From: Octopus vulgaris
Taxonomy: Eukaryota
Assembly: GCA_951406725.2 (NCBI GenBank)
Contig: OX597817.1
Coordinates: forward strand, 24,366,001 to 24,430,000
Reading direction: 5' to 3'
DNA length: 64,000 nt
The position numbers and the translations under genes are program-made. How positions within the stretch are numbered: position 1 is the first letter of the stretch; each line of letters opens with the position of its first letter. The notes under the pieces were generated by a model, which had not been told where the DNA came from, searched no databases, and worked only from the letters and a program-made list of their open reading frames with translations. Below are positions 1-13,002 of this stretch, in pieces.

Positions 1-744
1 AAATGTAAATCACTGAACTTAATTTAAGCCATGAAATATTGAAATGTAAAATGATTCCATCATTTCATAAATAGATTCAATCTTCGAAAATGTTCCTTAA
101 AATTCTGAAGGGAAATATAATTTTGTACTGGATATTCTATTGAAAAAAAAAAAATAAAATAATAATAATTGATGATATCTGCAATGTCACTTTATAACTT
201 AATAGCCATCATCCATCAAAGATTCAAACTTGATATGTCACTACTTGCACTAATTCACATACCAATTTACACTCAGCCTCATATCAACATATCAGGTTTT
301 GTCTTTATTCTCTTAGTCTCCATGACATTTTATTAACAATAAAGTAAAAATTATTTTATAAATTACATTAATATTTTGTTGATAGCAAATTACATCTAAA
401 CATTTCATTTATAGTAAATCATAATTTTAGGGAAAAATTTTAAGTATTCAAATGAGAAATTTTAAGACTAAATACAGTGCAGTATTTATTTTTTCCACCC
501 TGCATAATGTTGTTTTAGGAAAGAATTATAGCTTGTCTTATATTTCATATATTTTTCCAAGAAAAATATATTATTTACATGTAGCTGTTAGGACATTGAA
601 TATCTATATCCCAAAACGACTGAGAATCGATGAAAATTGTTTTCTCATAATAGTATAAAGTGTCTGAATGAGCATTACAGAACAGTTGAATTTTCTACTT
701 GCAAGTTTGATGTAAGTTGAATATTCATTTTAGTATTTACACTA

Positions 745-961
745 CAAGGGGCTGTTGAAAAGTTCCTGAATTTGGGTAAAAGAAAATACAGGAGGATCAG
801 ATAGTTATGATTTTATTGAGCATATTCCCCTCCCAGATTTGCACACTTATTGTAGCAGCCCTTCGGTTTTTCTAAGCCCTATTAGAGAAATTAGAAGGCC
901 GAGCCTCCAACCAGGCCTTTTATGATAACCTTTAAACCAAAGCCTTTTCAGCACCCCTTCA
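745..961. mobile_element. Tc1/mariner-type MITE (~215 bp)
   Basis: Starts TA|CAAGGGGCTGTTGAAAAGTT and ends CTTTTCAGCACCCCTTCA|TA: imperfect TIRs, TA flanks, no coding capacity. Confidence 0.75.
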
Positions 962-1644
962 TATGTTCTCTACAATATCATAGTTTTAATGTCACTTTAA
1001 ATTGACTGTCTGTTGATACACAATGATGGCTGTCCCTCTCTCACACAAGTCATAATGTCAAAAGTGGATTATTTTCCTAAAATCAATAGAAAGTAGATAC
1101 CATTTAAGCTTCACATTTCCGAGTTACTCTCCTTCTACTGACAATGTCAAAGCTTAATATCCTCATCTTCCGTTTAATCACATCTTTGTATCTTGGTCAG
1201 TCTCTATTCAGACTTATTGTATCTTGATTATTTTTTCTTGTTGTTGTACAAGCCAACTTTGAGTAGAAGATTTGGCTTTGCAACTAAGTTTTATCTATTC
1301 ATTGAGAAGATAATGAAGATCACATACTGTGCCATGTCCTGTTCCACACATTTTTCTGGATCTGATGGAGATAGAGCACCATATCTATGGTGCTTCCTTC
1401 TCTTTTGAAGTAACATTGTGTTTCAAATAGAACTACTTTGATTTTTCACACAATCTACTGAATAACACTCTTGCAAGGCTCTTCCCAGGTACAGCATACA
1501 GAAAAATCTCCACATATTTTCACATTCATTTCTACCACTCTTTGAATATCGAGATGATGTTGCCATCCTTTCACTTCTGCAGGACATCATCATTTTTCCC
1601 ATGATTCCAGCATCAATCAATGGAAACAGTTAATGAATTTGCCA

Positions 1645-1858
1645 CACTTGTTTGTCACCCAGCACTATTTGACAACCAGTGTTGGTGTGCTTATATCCCT
1701 GTAACTAAACAGTTCAGCAAAAGATATTGATAGAATACTTAAAATACAATACTAAAAAAAATAATGTACTGGAGTCCATTCACTTGACCAAAGATTTCTT
1801 CAAGATGGTGCCCCATCATGGCCACAGTTTAATGACTGAAACATGTAATAATAAAAGA
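1645..1858 (+). mobile_element. SINE family A, diverged 3' half
   Basis: ttgacaaccagtgttggtgtg...atggccacagtttaatgactgaaac matches the 3' half of the copy at 32093-32494. Confidence 0.75.
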
Positions 1859-3399
1859 TTATCAATTCCACACAATTATTATATCTGCAATGGGGTATGA
1901 CTATTTTAACTTGTAAAGTAGTCAAAGAGACAAGGAATGCCATTGCACATTATATGGCCTGCAAGCTTTGTAACATCCCAGAATTAGTCAAAGACAGATC
2001 CTATACCAAAAATATTCTAAATTTTGAGTCAAGATAAATTTATTAAACATTTTGTTCATTTTATTTTTAATTTCTGACACTATAACAAAGCTTATCCTTT
2101 CTGTTTTCTACTTGTTTAAATCAAATCGATATGTAGTTACAAATGCAAAGTTTCTTCACTCTAACCCAACAATATCATCAATCCTGATAGAATTATCATA
2201 TTTGCACACTGGGCATTTCTAAGATAGCACTTATATTTACCAAATTCTTCAGTATTTCTCTGTATTTGGGTATGTTATGGGAAGTCAAAATGAAATCCTG
2301 TCTCAGCCTTTCGACTACTAAACTAAGTTTCACTTTCACAAAGCTGAGAGAAGGAACTATATAAAATAACATAAATTATCACATTGTGTCTGTTTGAATA
2401 TTTGCATTCCAAATGCTTCACATGAAAAAATTAAGGCGCATAAGTGGTGATGGTTTTTGTAATTTTCTTTTCAATTAATCATTTATTCACTGTGCACTTT
2501 CAATGGTATTGAAGATATAATAAAAGATTCCCTTCATGAAAAACAGAAAAGTTTAGCTACAGAAAGAGCATCTATCTGTAAAACAGTGTTCTGATACTGT
2601 AATACACATTTGTATAACTTATACTAGTATGGAAAAGCAAGCATAAATATGAATAAGCGGTCTTTTCCATCTTAATAACTAATGATATGGTTTCCACAGA
2701 ACCAAATTTATCGAAAATCTGTTCTCTTCTATTATGATAATTTAGAAACCTAAACAAAAGCAATATTATATAACCTATGTATTACTGAAGCATTCAACAA
2801 TGCCCTGAACAAGTTTCTTTCCTATTCACTTCAATCATCTTTACTTAGTTCACTTAGTTCTCTCTTTACTTAGTTCACAAGTTTCCTGTCTGAACATTGT
2901 CTTGTATGTGTTAACTAAGCTCTCTGGCCAACAGTCTGTCAGCTACAACATACCTCAGCTCTTGGTCGCATCTCTCAGACAGTTTTCATCTGTATATTGA
3001 TAACCTTGTTAATTAACGACACTGTTAATTGTAACCAGGCAGTCTTATATAGATTATACTATTCTTCATTCTTCAGAAACTATAGGCAACTTACGACATC
3101 ATCATGTATGTACATACATACATGATGATGGCCATCCACTAATGACTGAGGAAGACCATTGCTGACCTTCAGGAACATTGTGCGCTCTAGGACTAACTTA
3201 TATTTTGCATTCGCTGCTCCATTCGTGGCTAAGGAGCCCTGCTCTTGACAAGCATACACGACTGCAAATATTGCAGACCAAGCTTTCCCCATTCACTACA
3301 CCAACATTATACTAATCACTCATACAAACCCTTTCTCCCAACAACTGATACTTCTCTACCTTTTAGAGTTTCTTCTGAAGAATCAAGATACAATGGTTT

Positions 3400-3898
3400 T
3401 ATAGTGATGTCAGGATTACCATTGTATAGTGGTAATGTCGGATAAATGACACTCTATAATTTAGTCAGTATGAGAGAAAGAAGGGGTCACTATCTTGTTC
3501 ATAACAACAAGAAAATATAAATTTACAAGACGCTTGTAATAAGTCACAACATTTATTACTAGAAATAATGCGTTAACATATAAGGTTAATTGAGGGAAAA
3601 GTTTGTAACATTACATGAATATATTCTGTTTGCAAATCACAAGTCTCCAAGTAAGCAAGGCGGGCAGGTGTGTATGTGCCGCGGCCTGACTCAGGTATGT
3701 CGAAGAATCAATAAACATTGAGTGGTGCGAATTTAGAAATTCCTTCCCTTATATAAGGATGAACCGTAAGTCCCCGACTTCCACATAAAATGGAACTTTC
3801 CAGAAAGCTCTCAAACATTCTAGAAGCTTGAGGGAGATTACTCTCGTTAAATCCCTTTTCCATTTTTCTTCCCATTGTGGCCACCAAGGTTCACTACA
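3400..3898 (-). mobile_element. Solo LTR, probably Ty3/Gypsy
   Basis: Inverted termini TATAGTGA...TCACTACA (one mismatch from TGTAGTGA). 4-bp TSD GTTT at 3396-3399 and 3899-3902. On the minus strand TATATAA (~3749-3755) precedes AATAAA (3552-3557). Confidence 0.75.
3793..3830. promoter_or_regulatory. Extended heat-shock element inside the solo LTR
   Basis: GAA-ct-TTC-ca-GAA-ag-cTC-tc-aAA-ca-TTC-ta-GAA-gc-TTg: eight alternating nGAAn units in 5-bp register, five perfect. Confidence 0.6.
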
Positions 3899-4768
3899 GT
3901 TTTATATTAATCTCTCTGGGTAAGCCATATATAATTTTCAAAGTCTTTTTGGATATGCTATGAGTTGAATAAATATTCTAAAGATTTTGAGCAGATGACT
4001 CTGAAGAGCTCCCCTCTACTTGGAGAAGTATGCTATTTAAAATAATAAACAATATTATCATTTAAAGCTCAATGACATGGTGATGGCTAATTATAGAAGC
4101 CCTAATGTATTGTAGCTAATTTTATCCTTGTAGATCTAGAAATGAAAGAAGCAGCTCAGATAGGATTTGAACTCTGTGTTTAGAATGTCTGTACTTAATA
4201 GTGTAAGCCATTGTTCTCTTCGTCAATGCTCAACTATTTCTGCAACATACTTTTCCTAATGTCTATTATTTTGTCATCAAATGAGGTTGATCTCTGAAGA
4301 ATTTTCTTGCTAGATAGAATAACATGAATTATATGTCTGGGCGAGCATACTTAACTATATTAACAATTTCAATATTTGATTTCGTCTGACATACAAGCTG
4401 CATTCTTTCTTTGCATATAGTTTATTAGTAAACACATCTTGGGGAATTTTGTATTCCAGAAATATATTCCTGATTTATTGATACATATAAAATTTAATTC
4501 TAGTCAAGTTGTGGTATTTTGATTTTTCATGAATATCAAAGACAAATTCTATAAAGAAAGTAATTCAAAACAGTTATTCTGGCTTGAAATATTCACATCT
4601 AACCTTTGAAACTACTTAATAAAAAGCATATGTCCTGTACAAATTCAATCATAAGATGTCGACATCCTCGGTTTTAACCTTCACATCATTGCTTATCATT
4701 ATTAATGTAAAATTGTTTATTAGAACATTTTAAGCATTGTCTAAGGAAAAATTTCTCTCAGCTTTTGT

Positions 4769-4820
<52 letters not shown>

Positions 4821-6368
4821 AGTAAATTTCTTTTTATGACATTTCTCAGCAGATCTTGTTTATGTTAAATTATGGCCAAAATTAGAAAGATATTACATGT
4901 TCATGCTTAAATTTTCTTGCTTCTTTTTCGTTCTTTTTTTCCATCTTATAATTTTCTAGCTTACTATTAAATGATTCAGTGAGTGTCTTAAATGCCATAT
5001 GTAATTGAATAACATATATTTGTAAACAAAATTTATTCACAGAAGCTTCTGATGAATATTTTTGTGGAGCCATGTAAACATTCTTTCTTAAGATAAGCAT
5101 ATATTATTTTTGTTTATAGCAAAAGATGCAGTTAAAGTTCACCTATGAACACTAGACCTGATAGAGAATTATCTGAAGAGATGGCAAGGTTAGAGTGGGT
5201 TATTATTGCTAGCATAGTAAAAGGAATGGAGGACAATAAAAACTACTTTGCATAAATATATTTGAAAGCAAATATCATAACTCTGGTTGAAGGAAAAGAA
5301 CATTCTTCTGCAAAACAACTTCTTGATCAAAACACAGCTCCAACTTTAGATCAAATTATATCATTAAAGCTAAAAAGCAAAATATTTAATGAAGGAATTG
5401 ACATTAATCACAAATCAACAAACTTGAAGGTTTATTCCTGGTTCACACATGCACAAATTAATATGATAAAATATTTTCTTTCAAATGGCGGTGCCCCAGC
5501 ATGGCCACAGCTCATAAGCTGAAACTAGAATCAATCAATCAATCATATGTTATCTTTATCAATGAATCTTTAGATGTATATATTTATTATTGTTATAACT
5601 GATCATGTCAGGATTTTCTCACTAGTGGTATCATGTTAAACTGTACACCTTCTCTCATATCATCCACTATATCACATCTTCCACCGCCCAGTTTATGAAG
5701 CAAGGGGGGTTGGACACCAAGCAGCATTAACAATAGACTAGTCAAAGATTAAAATTTCAATCTGAGAAGTCAATGGCCAGTTATATTAGGAGATCGACCT
5801 ATTAAAACACAAGTCACTGTGCTCTTTCAGTATCTTTGGAGCGATGAATTTTTAAATGGATTTTTATAGCAGATTTTCACATTGATCATACAATCTTTGG
5901 TATTGTATTTATAAGGCAAGTATGGCTATGAGGTAAAGGAATGCACTTTATAAACAGCTCTGAATTTAAATTCTGTTGTGTGGAATATTGGGTTAAGTGT
6001 CTTCTCTTGTAACTTTGGATTAACTAATACCCCATGAGGGGAATTTGGTTGAGAAAAACAGTGTAGAAGTATAGACTACAAGGTTTTTTATTGCCATTAT
6101 AACGTTTGGCTATTGCTAAATTCTTCCATTATTTGTTGTTTTTGATAATTGTATCATTCAGGCTGATAACTGCAAAAAATGATGCCCTGATCCTTCAAGA
6201 TAGTTTTCTAAATGAATGATTTTTTTGTGTTGTATTGAAACTTAAATTTTATAGCTGTTAAACCTATATAAGATTCACTAGCAATAAGCTAGCAATTAAC
6301 CCTGCATTGATATACTGCAGCATTACTTAGACAATTTCTTTCTCAATAATAATTATTCCACTCAACAA

Positions 6369-6470
6369 CATCATCATCATCGTTTAACGTCTGCTTTCCA
6401 TGCTAGCATGGGTTAGACGATTTGACTGAGGTCTGGTGAACCAGATGGCTGCACCAGGCTCTAATCTGTC
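6369..6470 (-). mobile_element. SINE-like family C, 3' fragment
   Basis: (ATC)n followed by cgtttaacgtctgctttccatgctagcatgggtt, the family signature seen many times in the window. Confidence 0.8.
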
Positions 6471-6599
6471 TCAATAGTAATTATTCATCTCAACACAATA
6501 TCAATTTACATCATAGCCACCACCTGAATAAACTAATTCAAATATATCCTTGATAATAAAAATACAAAATATATTCAGTTCAATAAAACAATTATTATA

Positions 6600-6890
6600 C
6601 CTCCATGCCATTACCACTATTAATTTTACTAAAACCACAAAGGAGATTGGCAATTTCAAGATTGATGCTGTTATTTACACCCCAAAAGATTGCATTGAAT
6701 TTTGATAATTCTATTTGGGAAAAAATTCCTAAATACCCCCTTTGACATGAGTATCAATCCAAATAATTCAGCTATGGTCTCTGATTTTGTTGACTTCTTT
6801 TCCCATTTCAATTTGGGGATGGATTCCTAAATATAGAATTGGGTTTGTATAGGGATGACAGACAACTGACTGTGATCAGTTGCAGTTCCC
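6600..6890 (+). mobile_element. Decayed Penelope-like reverse transcriptase remnant
   Basis: GLYRDD encoded at 6842-6859, preceded by a segment resembling the FDVTMGSYDGAEVCELVG motif. Many stops and frameshifts. Confidence 0.45.
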
Positions 6891-8129
6891 ACAAATAGTA
6901 TTCAGGAATATGTTTCTCTCTTGCACTTTAATTTCATGTCTTTGTTTTAGAATACTGCCATTAATATTAATGGCTACAGACTAAATTCTCTGTTCTAAGT
7001 TTCCTAGTTAACTTAATACACACAGCCATAAATGTAGTTCATTGTTCACTGGCCAAAAAAGATCTTTGGCTCACTTAGCCACTTTTATGAAGATCGCATA
7101 TTGTTAGAGCTAAGACACTGTGGATATGGAAATACATAGAAATACTTATTGGAACTCCTGATTGTTTGAGAGGTAATCCACCATTCATGACACAAAATCT
7201 TTGGCATACCTGTCCATTTTATCAAGGTAGTTATAACATGGATATGAATGATGTGAATATGAAAATATATACAAAGATATATACTGGGACTCCTGATGGA
7301 GCATCCATAATGGAGAACATAGACATAATTGCAACAAAAATTGTTGTTGCTTCAGTATAAAATGTTAGTGTTCACAGTTACGTTAATAGAATCAGTAATG
7401 GCAAAAATAATTACTGCAGCAGCAATTTACAACTATAACATTTAAGAATAATAATAATTAGACTATCTGTATTAAATGTACAGCAACATCAAGAGACACA
7501 GTGGTAACATAAGTTAATGAGGGAGCCTTTATATGATCACTTTTTCATAAAGAAATAGCCAAATCTTCAAATGATACAAGCTATCATAGAAAATGGATGC
7601 ATTAGATTTAAAAGAAAGATGCCTTGATCATGGCTGAGTACAGGTATTTTCTAATGGTGTTGACCTGTTGCTAAGCAGCATTAACAAGCACCATTAACTA
7701 GCAAAACTTTTGACCATTCTACATGCTATCTATTTACTGACAGAATATTAAATGCAAACCATAAGTTAGTAAACTATTTCTTAGGTACAATAGCTGTCAT
7801 TTCTTTAAGAGAGTAAGAGTTTTCACTTCTCTATTTAATGTATACATACATGATGTTTTAAGTAAGCACAGAGCCGCATATGCAGATAATTCCATAGCTT
7901 CTCATTCTATTTTGTTCGTGAAGCTGTACCTATTCTAATCCTAATCAATCATATACATAAATGGTTCCAAAATTAAAGACTAAAGTAGCACTTGCCAAAT
8001 ATGTGATTTCCCTTCTTACCAGAAATACCAAAGTAGATCAAATACCATCAGCACCAAATATGACAACATTTGTAATTGCAGTAAACCAAAATATATGTAA
8101 GTAACTACCTCACTTCTATGATATTCATG

Positions 8130-8335
8130 GCATATGGATCTATTTGGTACTATTTGTGCTTACTCAACATGCAAGAAATAACAACCAAATACACATCATA
8201 CTACACTCTGCCATCTTAAAAATGGAAAAGATACATTGTATAATAAAGTCTTATATACACATAATATGACAAGATGGTTATTAATGGAATTTCCTCACAG
8301 GTGTTGATTTGATTTGATCTGAGGTTAAACAACAG
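8130..8335 (+). repeat. Old dispersed repeat family F
   Basis: Shared aaata(a/g)c..ccaaat...cattg.ataat.tagtc...ctggaat...gacct...ctaaacaac pattern, also at ~7520-7690, 25780-26010 (minus), 43455-43590, 46610-46790 and 54280-54455. Confidence 0.55.
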
Positions 8336-8574
8336 GTAAATAAAATACAAATGATAAAACAATACACACACAAATAGAAATGACAGGCTTCACATTTTTC
8401 CAGTATAAACAAAATGCAACTGTAAAAACTATATATTAGATCCCTTGACGTTAATACAGAAAACTATTAACAAAGATGTTCTCCAATACTTTAATTTTCT
8501 CTCTCTCCTCTCAATAGAGCCAGATCTAATGAAGACTTATTCTGTTATGACAGCCACTAGCTGGCCTTTGTTGT

Positions 8575-8680
8575 TGTGAAATTTGGTGAAAGCAATGCTG
8601 TATCTCTAGACTTCACTAAAACTTTCATTTATATCTAGCATGCTAATCTCTGATTGAAACAGCCTGTCTACCATAATGGC
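8575..8680 (+). mobile_element. LINE reverse transcriptase fragment (Jockey/L2/CR1 group)
   Basis: Reads FGESNAVSLDFTKTF, resembling the LDxSKAFD motif. Confidence 0.4.
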
Positions 8681-8792
8681 TTCTATTTCTCAAAATTGAC
8701 TGGTTTTATGTCACCTGCACTCGTGTACTCTTGACCAATTTGATTATCCTCTCATCACCCTTATGTTCAAGCCACCTATCAGACCTCACTAC

Positions 8793-9276
8793 CCATATTG
8801 GAGTACGGGATTCAAGCCTCTACTTCTTGTCTCCTCAAAGACATACAGCATCTCAAAAGAGTCCAGAAGCTGGCTACCCGCATGGTTCTTGATCTCAAGC
8901 ATTTGTCTTATGAAGAAAGGCTGAAGACGCTCGACCTTTATTCTCTAGAAAAACGACATAAGCGGAAAGTGTAACCTCTCGAAAGAGCTGTTCTTCACTC
9001 CTGCTCCAGAGCGTCGGCTGCGGGGTCACTCTGGAAAGCTCTATCTGCGACGATTTCATCTCAGTCAAAGGAGAGGGGCTTTCTCCGTCCGGGTTGCAGA
9101 TCCATGGAATAAGCTGCCGGAGGAGATAGTGAAGATGCCGACGACCGCTCAGTTCAAAGTCTCCCTTGACCACAAATGGCCTGAACTCTTTACATGAACA
9201 CCACCCTGTACATAACTCCATGTCCCCCTACATGGCCTAGCTTTTGGCTTTTTGAGCCAAAAAACTAACTAACTAA
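8793..9276 (+). mobile_element. CR1-like LINE 3' end, 5'-truncated and internally deleted
   Basis: Translates PILEYGIQA...RVQKLATRMV..LKHLSYEERLKTLDLYSLEKR, then RLRGHSGKL...FSVRVADPWNKLPEEIV...FKVSLD. Ends in an (AACT)n tail. Confidence 0.9.
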
Positions 9277-9739
9277 TCCCTATAATCAACCATTTCTCTT
9301 TAAACCATTCGTCTTCTGAAATCTCTTTGTTCATATCTTTCCTGCAGATGTTGACTTGCAACAGTTGGAATAGACTCTGTTTCATCAGTTGCAACTGGCC
9401 TACAATAAACATGGGCAATTCACCTTCATCCAGAAGAGGGAATAAAAAAAGAAAGACCAATCATAGATTTTGCTGGTCCTGAATGAGCTTTGTCATTCAA
9501 CTACAAATTACAGCAAACTCCAAATAAGAGAGAATAAAATTTGTGGCATTTTAATCGTTTATCCGCACAATATGGTAAAACTATTACATGGGGGAAAAGC
9601 ATCAAATGAGCGTATATTCAATAGTGTTTATATAATTTTACATTTATTAGTAACACAACATATCAATTTTCTTGGTTTTGGCTTTTGTTTTGTAATAAAT
9701 TGCCTCCTAATGCTTTCAGCATGAATAAAAGGAATCATC

Positions 9740-9850
9740 CTTATTACTGCTATCATCATCATCATTCTTATCATCCATATCATCATCATCATCATCATCC
9801 TTATCAATATCATCATCATCGAAGTCTTCAGTATTTTCATGATCATTCTT
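9740..9850. repeat. Imperfect (ATC)n microsatellite
   Basis: Visible ATC/TCA runs; they produce the poly-Asp and poly-Met ORFs. Confidence 0.85.
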
Positions 9851-9943
9851 ATTACTTATGAGCTGCCAGAAACAAGGAATTAGCGGAGTACAACGAATTG
9901 ACAGAAACAGCAAAACATGAGGCTGAATGTAGCAAAGGATAAT

Positions 9944-10336
9944 TTACTCTTTCACTTGTTTGTCATTTGACTGCGTCCATGCTGGAGCACCGCCTCTAGT
10001 TGAGCAAATCGACCCCAAGAGTTATTCTTTGTAAACGTAGTACTTATTCTAACAGTCTCTTTTGCCAAACTGCTAAGTTACGGAGATGTAAACACACCAA
10101 CATCGGTTGTCAAGCGATGTTGGGTTGGGGGACAAGCACACACAAACACACACACACATATACATATATATACATACATACATACATACATACACGACAG
10201 GCTTCTTTCTGTTTCTGTCTACGAAAACCACTCACAAGGCTGTGGCCACCCTGAGGCTATAGAAGACACTTGCCGAAGATGCCATGCAATAGGGCTGAAC
10301 CCCGGAACCATGTGGTTGGTGAGCAAGTCCCACTAC
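9944..10336 (-). mobile_element. tRNA-derived SINE family A
   Basis: gtcatttgactgcgtccatgctggagcaccgcc 3' end, internal CA/TA tract, ggaaccatgtggttgg head. Confidence 0.9.
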
Positions 10337-10586
10337 ATTCAGGATCATCTCAAGCTTTTAGTCATGCAGGTTTATTAAAATGAGCTTTGGTTATGGAAGT
10401 CATATTCTTATTCAATTAAAATTATTACTCAGCATATTAAAAGAAGATTCATTATTGCTCAGTTACATCTGATATAGATATTTCTTTGTTTAGAGTAAAA
10501 TCCCCCCAAAAAAAGAAAAAAAAAACCTACCTGGGGTGTAATGTTATTTAATATAATAATTCATTTTCTAAATTTCTCTTTTTTAA

Positions 10587-11434
10587 CCCCTTAATGGATC
10601 AATTATTTTGACATGGCATTTCATTTCAGAGTATTTTTTTAACTTGCTTTTTTTTTTAATTATATACACCATGTTAATTTGAAAAAAATGTTTTTTATCT
10701 TGTCTCCTTTATTTTTTATTATAGAAATTAAAATGTACTTATACTCATTTGGATTTAAATGAGTTAACTTGGACATTGAAAAATACATATAACTTAACTA
10801 TCTTCAATTTTTTTCATAAGATGTATTGCTTTTAAATCAAAGAAAATTTTTTTTAAAATGAGATAGTTTATTTAGAATGATCATTTTTAAAACAAGGAGT
10901 TATACACAGTTAGTTTTCAGACATCACACATGTATCTGCTTTCTCTTCAAATCTTCTTTCCTTTAGCGTCTCTCTTCTCTGCACATTTTGCACACTGTCT
11001 TGCAGGGTTCTTTTTCTTACCACTTGGTGGTATTTCCATGGGAAAGTGACCAGCTGGGACAAATCTTGTTGGATGTGGGATTGATGATGGTCTTCCTGGT
11101 TTCATGGGAGGCAATAAGGGCCTATAGTTTTCTATAATCTTGGTGATTATTTGCATTCTAAATTTCAGCGGTTTCATAGCAGAAGCTGAAGTTTCCAAAG
11201 ATGCTTTATACAAAAAATAAGCATTTCAGATAGTCAAATCCATGAAATGAAAAAATGCTTATTTTTTTAAACAAGGCGAATAAATTCATGATTGCTCAAA
11301 AATGAAATGATACAAAACAAATATACTTGTTTCAGGGCTAAAATTTAAAGTTAATTTTGACTGAGTATACTCGTCTGGTTCTAAAAAGATACATTTGCGA
11401 TGCATGAGTAAACTCGAGATAATCCATTAAGGGG
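10587..11434 (-). mobile_element. Internally deleted piggyBac transposon (848 bp)
   Basis: TTAA TSDs at 10583-10586 and 11435-11438. Perfect 13-bp TIR CCCCTTAATGGAT. Minus strand retains the transposase C-terminus NAYFLY...FRMQII...GRPS...HFP...RQCAKC...SRYMC, with stops. Confidence 0.93.
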
Positions 11435-12764
11435 TTAAACTGAAAAGGAACAAATATTCTATCCCACTGGGCAGAATTTTTAAAGAAAACGCATGTGGCA
11501 AAGCTAACCATGCAAAAAAAATTAGAATACTAGTACATGTAGTATACTATGGAATGAATCAAAATATGTCTAAATGCAAGAAATTTCACAAAATCTATCT
11601 GCCTATCTGTGCATCTGTATGTATTATGTTACGTGTGTATATATTTGTATGCACATATGTATGTGTGCTTATGTAGTTGTGTGCTTGTGTGTGTGTGTGT
11701 GTGTAATTTTATTATTAAATTGTCATAGGAAAAATTACAGGTAGTGATGATAATCAGTGTCTCCTTGGTAAACCATTAGAACAGAACCAGAAACTAAATA
11801 AATATTTAACAACCTCTACTGACAGAAAGATAAATTAGTTTAAAGAAGGAGAGATAAACAGAAAGGAAACTATTGAAAAATCATTACATATGATTGACAA
11901 TTTTTTTCTTCTTAAAATCAATACTAATAACAATAATAACATCAACTACAAATCACATTCATACAGCATTATAATGAAATAAAGAATAAATCTGTTCAAA
12001 AGAGAAACAGACTGACAAATAAATATTTAGATATAAAACGTTTTTCTTTTTTAAAAGTGAAATCGATTTATATAAAAAGATATGTGATTAGAAGAATTTT
12101 ATGAGAAAATTGGTTTTGTTACATAAGGTTGAATTGAAGGAAATTGTAGAGAATTCTTTGTCAATGTTGAATGGTTTATCATTTCTTTTGTATTTTTGTA
12201 TTTCATTTCATATGTTTATTTTGTCTCCTTGTGACAGACTACTAATTTAAAAGCTAACACGAAATGATGTTTCATATATATATATATATGTATATATGGG
12301 TGAGTATATGTGCGTGTGTGTGTGCATATGTATGTATATGAGTGTGAGAGTATGCATACATATGTATAAGTACACACATTGCTACACATACACAAATGCA
12401 TGCATGTGTATGTATGTGTGAGTCTGGGTTTATATTTGAGCTCAACAAAAGATGCCTGTTTCAACTAGAATTGTTATTGTCGCTTCTGTTTTAAAAAAAA
12501 ATCAACCATTTACTTTCCACCTTTGGAGATATATTTGCATGTCTTGCAAGAAATAGATAGGATTGTGCTTTGCTGCTTGTGACTGTATAACCTCAGTTTA
12601 TAAATTAGGTTTAACAGAACAGGAGTGGGTATATGTTTATGTTTACAAATGAAAAATAGTTCTCAAAAGATTAAGTACAGGTTATATTTATTTGAAAATA
12701 GTCTGTATTTATTTCATCATTACTCAGTATTTCCCTCTAGCACATCTTGAATTCCAATAACATT

Positions 12765-13002
12765 TCTTTATTTCTTTATTGTTCACAGGGGAATAAAAAT
12801 TTAGAGGACAAGCAACGACAAAAGAAAGGGATTAAGTCGATTATATCGACCCCAGTGTGTAACTGATACTCATTTAATCGACCCCGAAAGGATGAAAGGC
12901 AAAGTCAACCTCACCAGAATTTGAACTCAGAACGTAGCGGCAGATGAAATACTGCTAAGCATTTCACCCAGCGTGCAAACAATTCTGCCAGCTCGCCGCC
13001 TT
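12765..13002 (-). mobile_element. tRNA-derived SINE family B
   Basis: Minus strand starts GGCGGCGAGCTGGCAGAA, has a B-box-like GAGTTCAAATTC, and the body contains cgaccccgaaaggatgaaaggcaaagtc. Confidence 0.88.

Noticed and set aside
1000-1630. Host coding sequence
   Set aside because: Stops occur in all frames; probably a very old LINE remnant, too decayed to classify.
4882-5522. Two short ORFs (72 aa minus, 86 aa plus)
   Set aside because: No recognisable motifs or convincing splice pairs; the second runs into a SINE tail.
9716-9913. Acidic poly-Asp protein exon
   Set aside because: Explained by an ATC microsatellite; no other support.
10947-11213. Domesticated PGBD-like gene exon
   Set aside because: It lies between TIRs and TTAA TSDs, and stop codons disrupt the Cys-rich domain.
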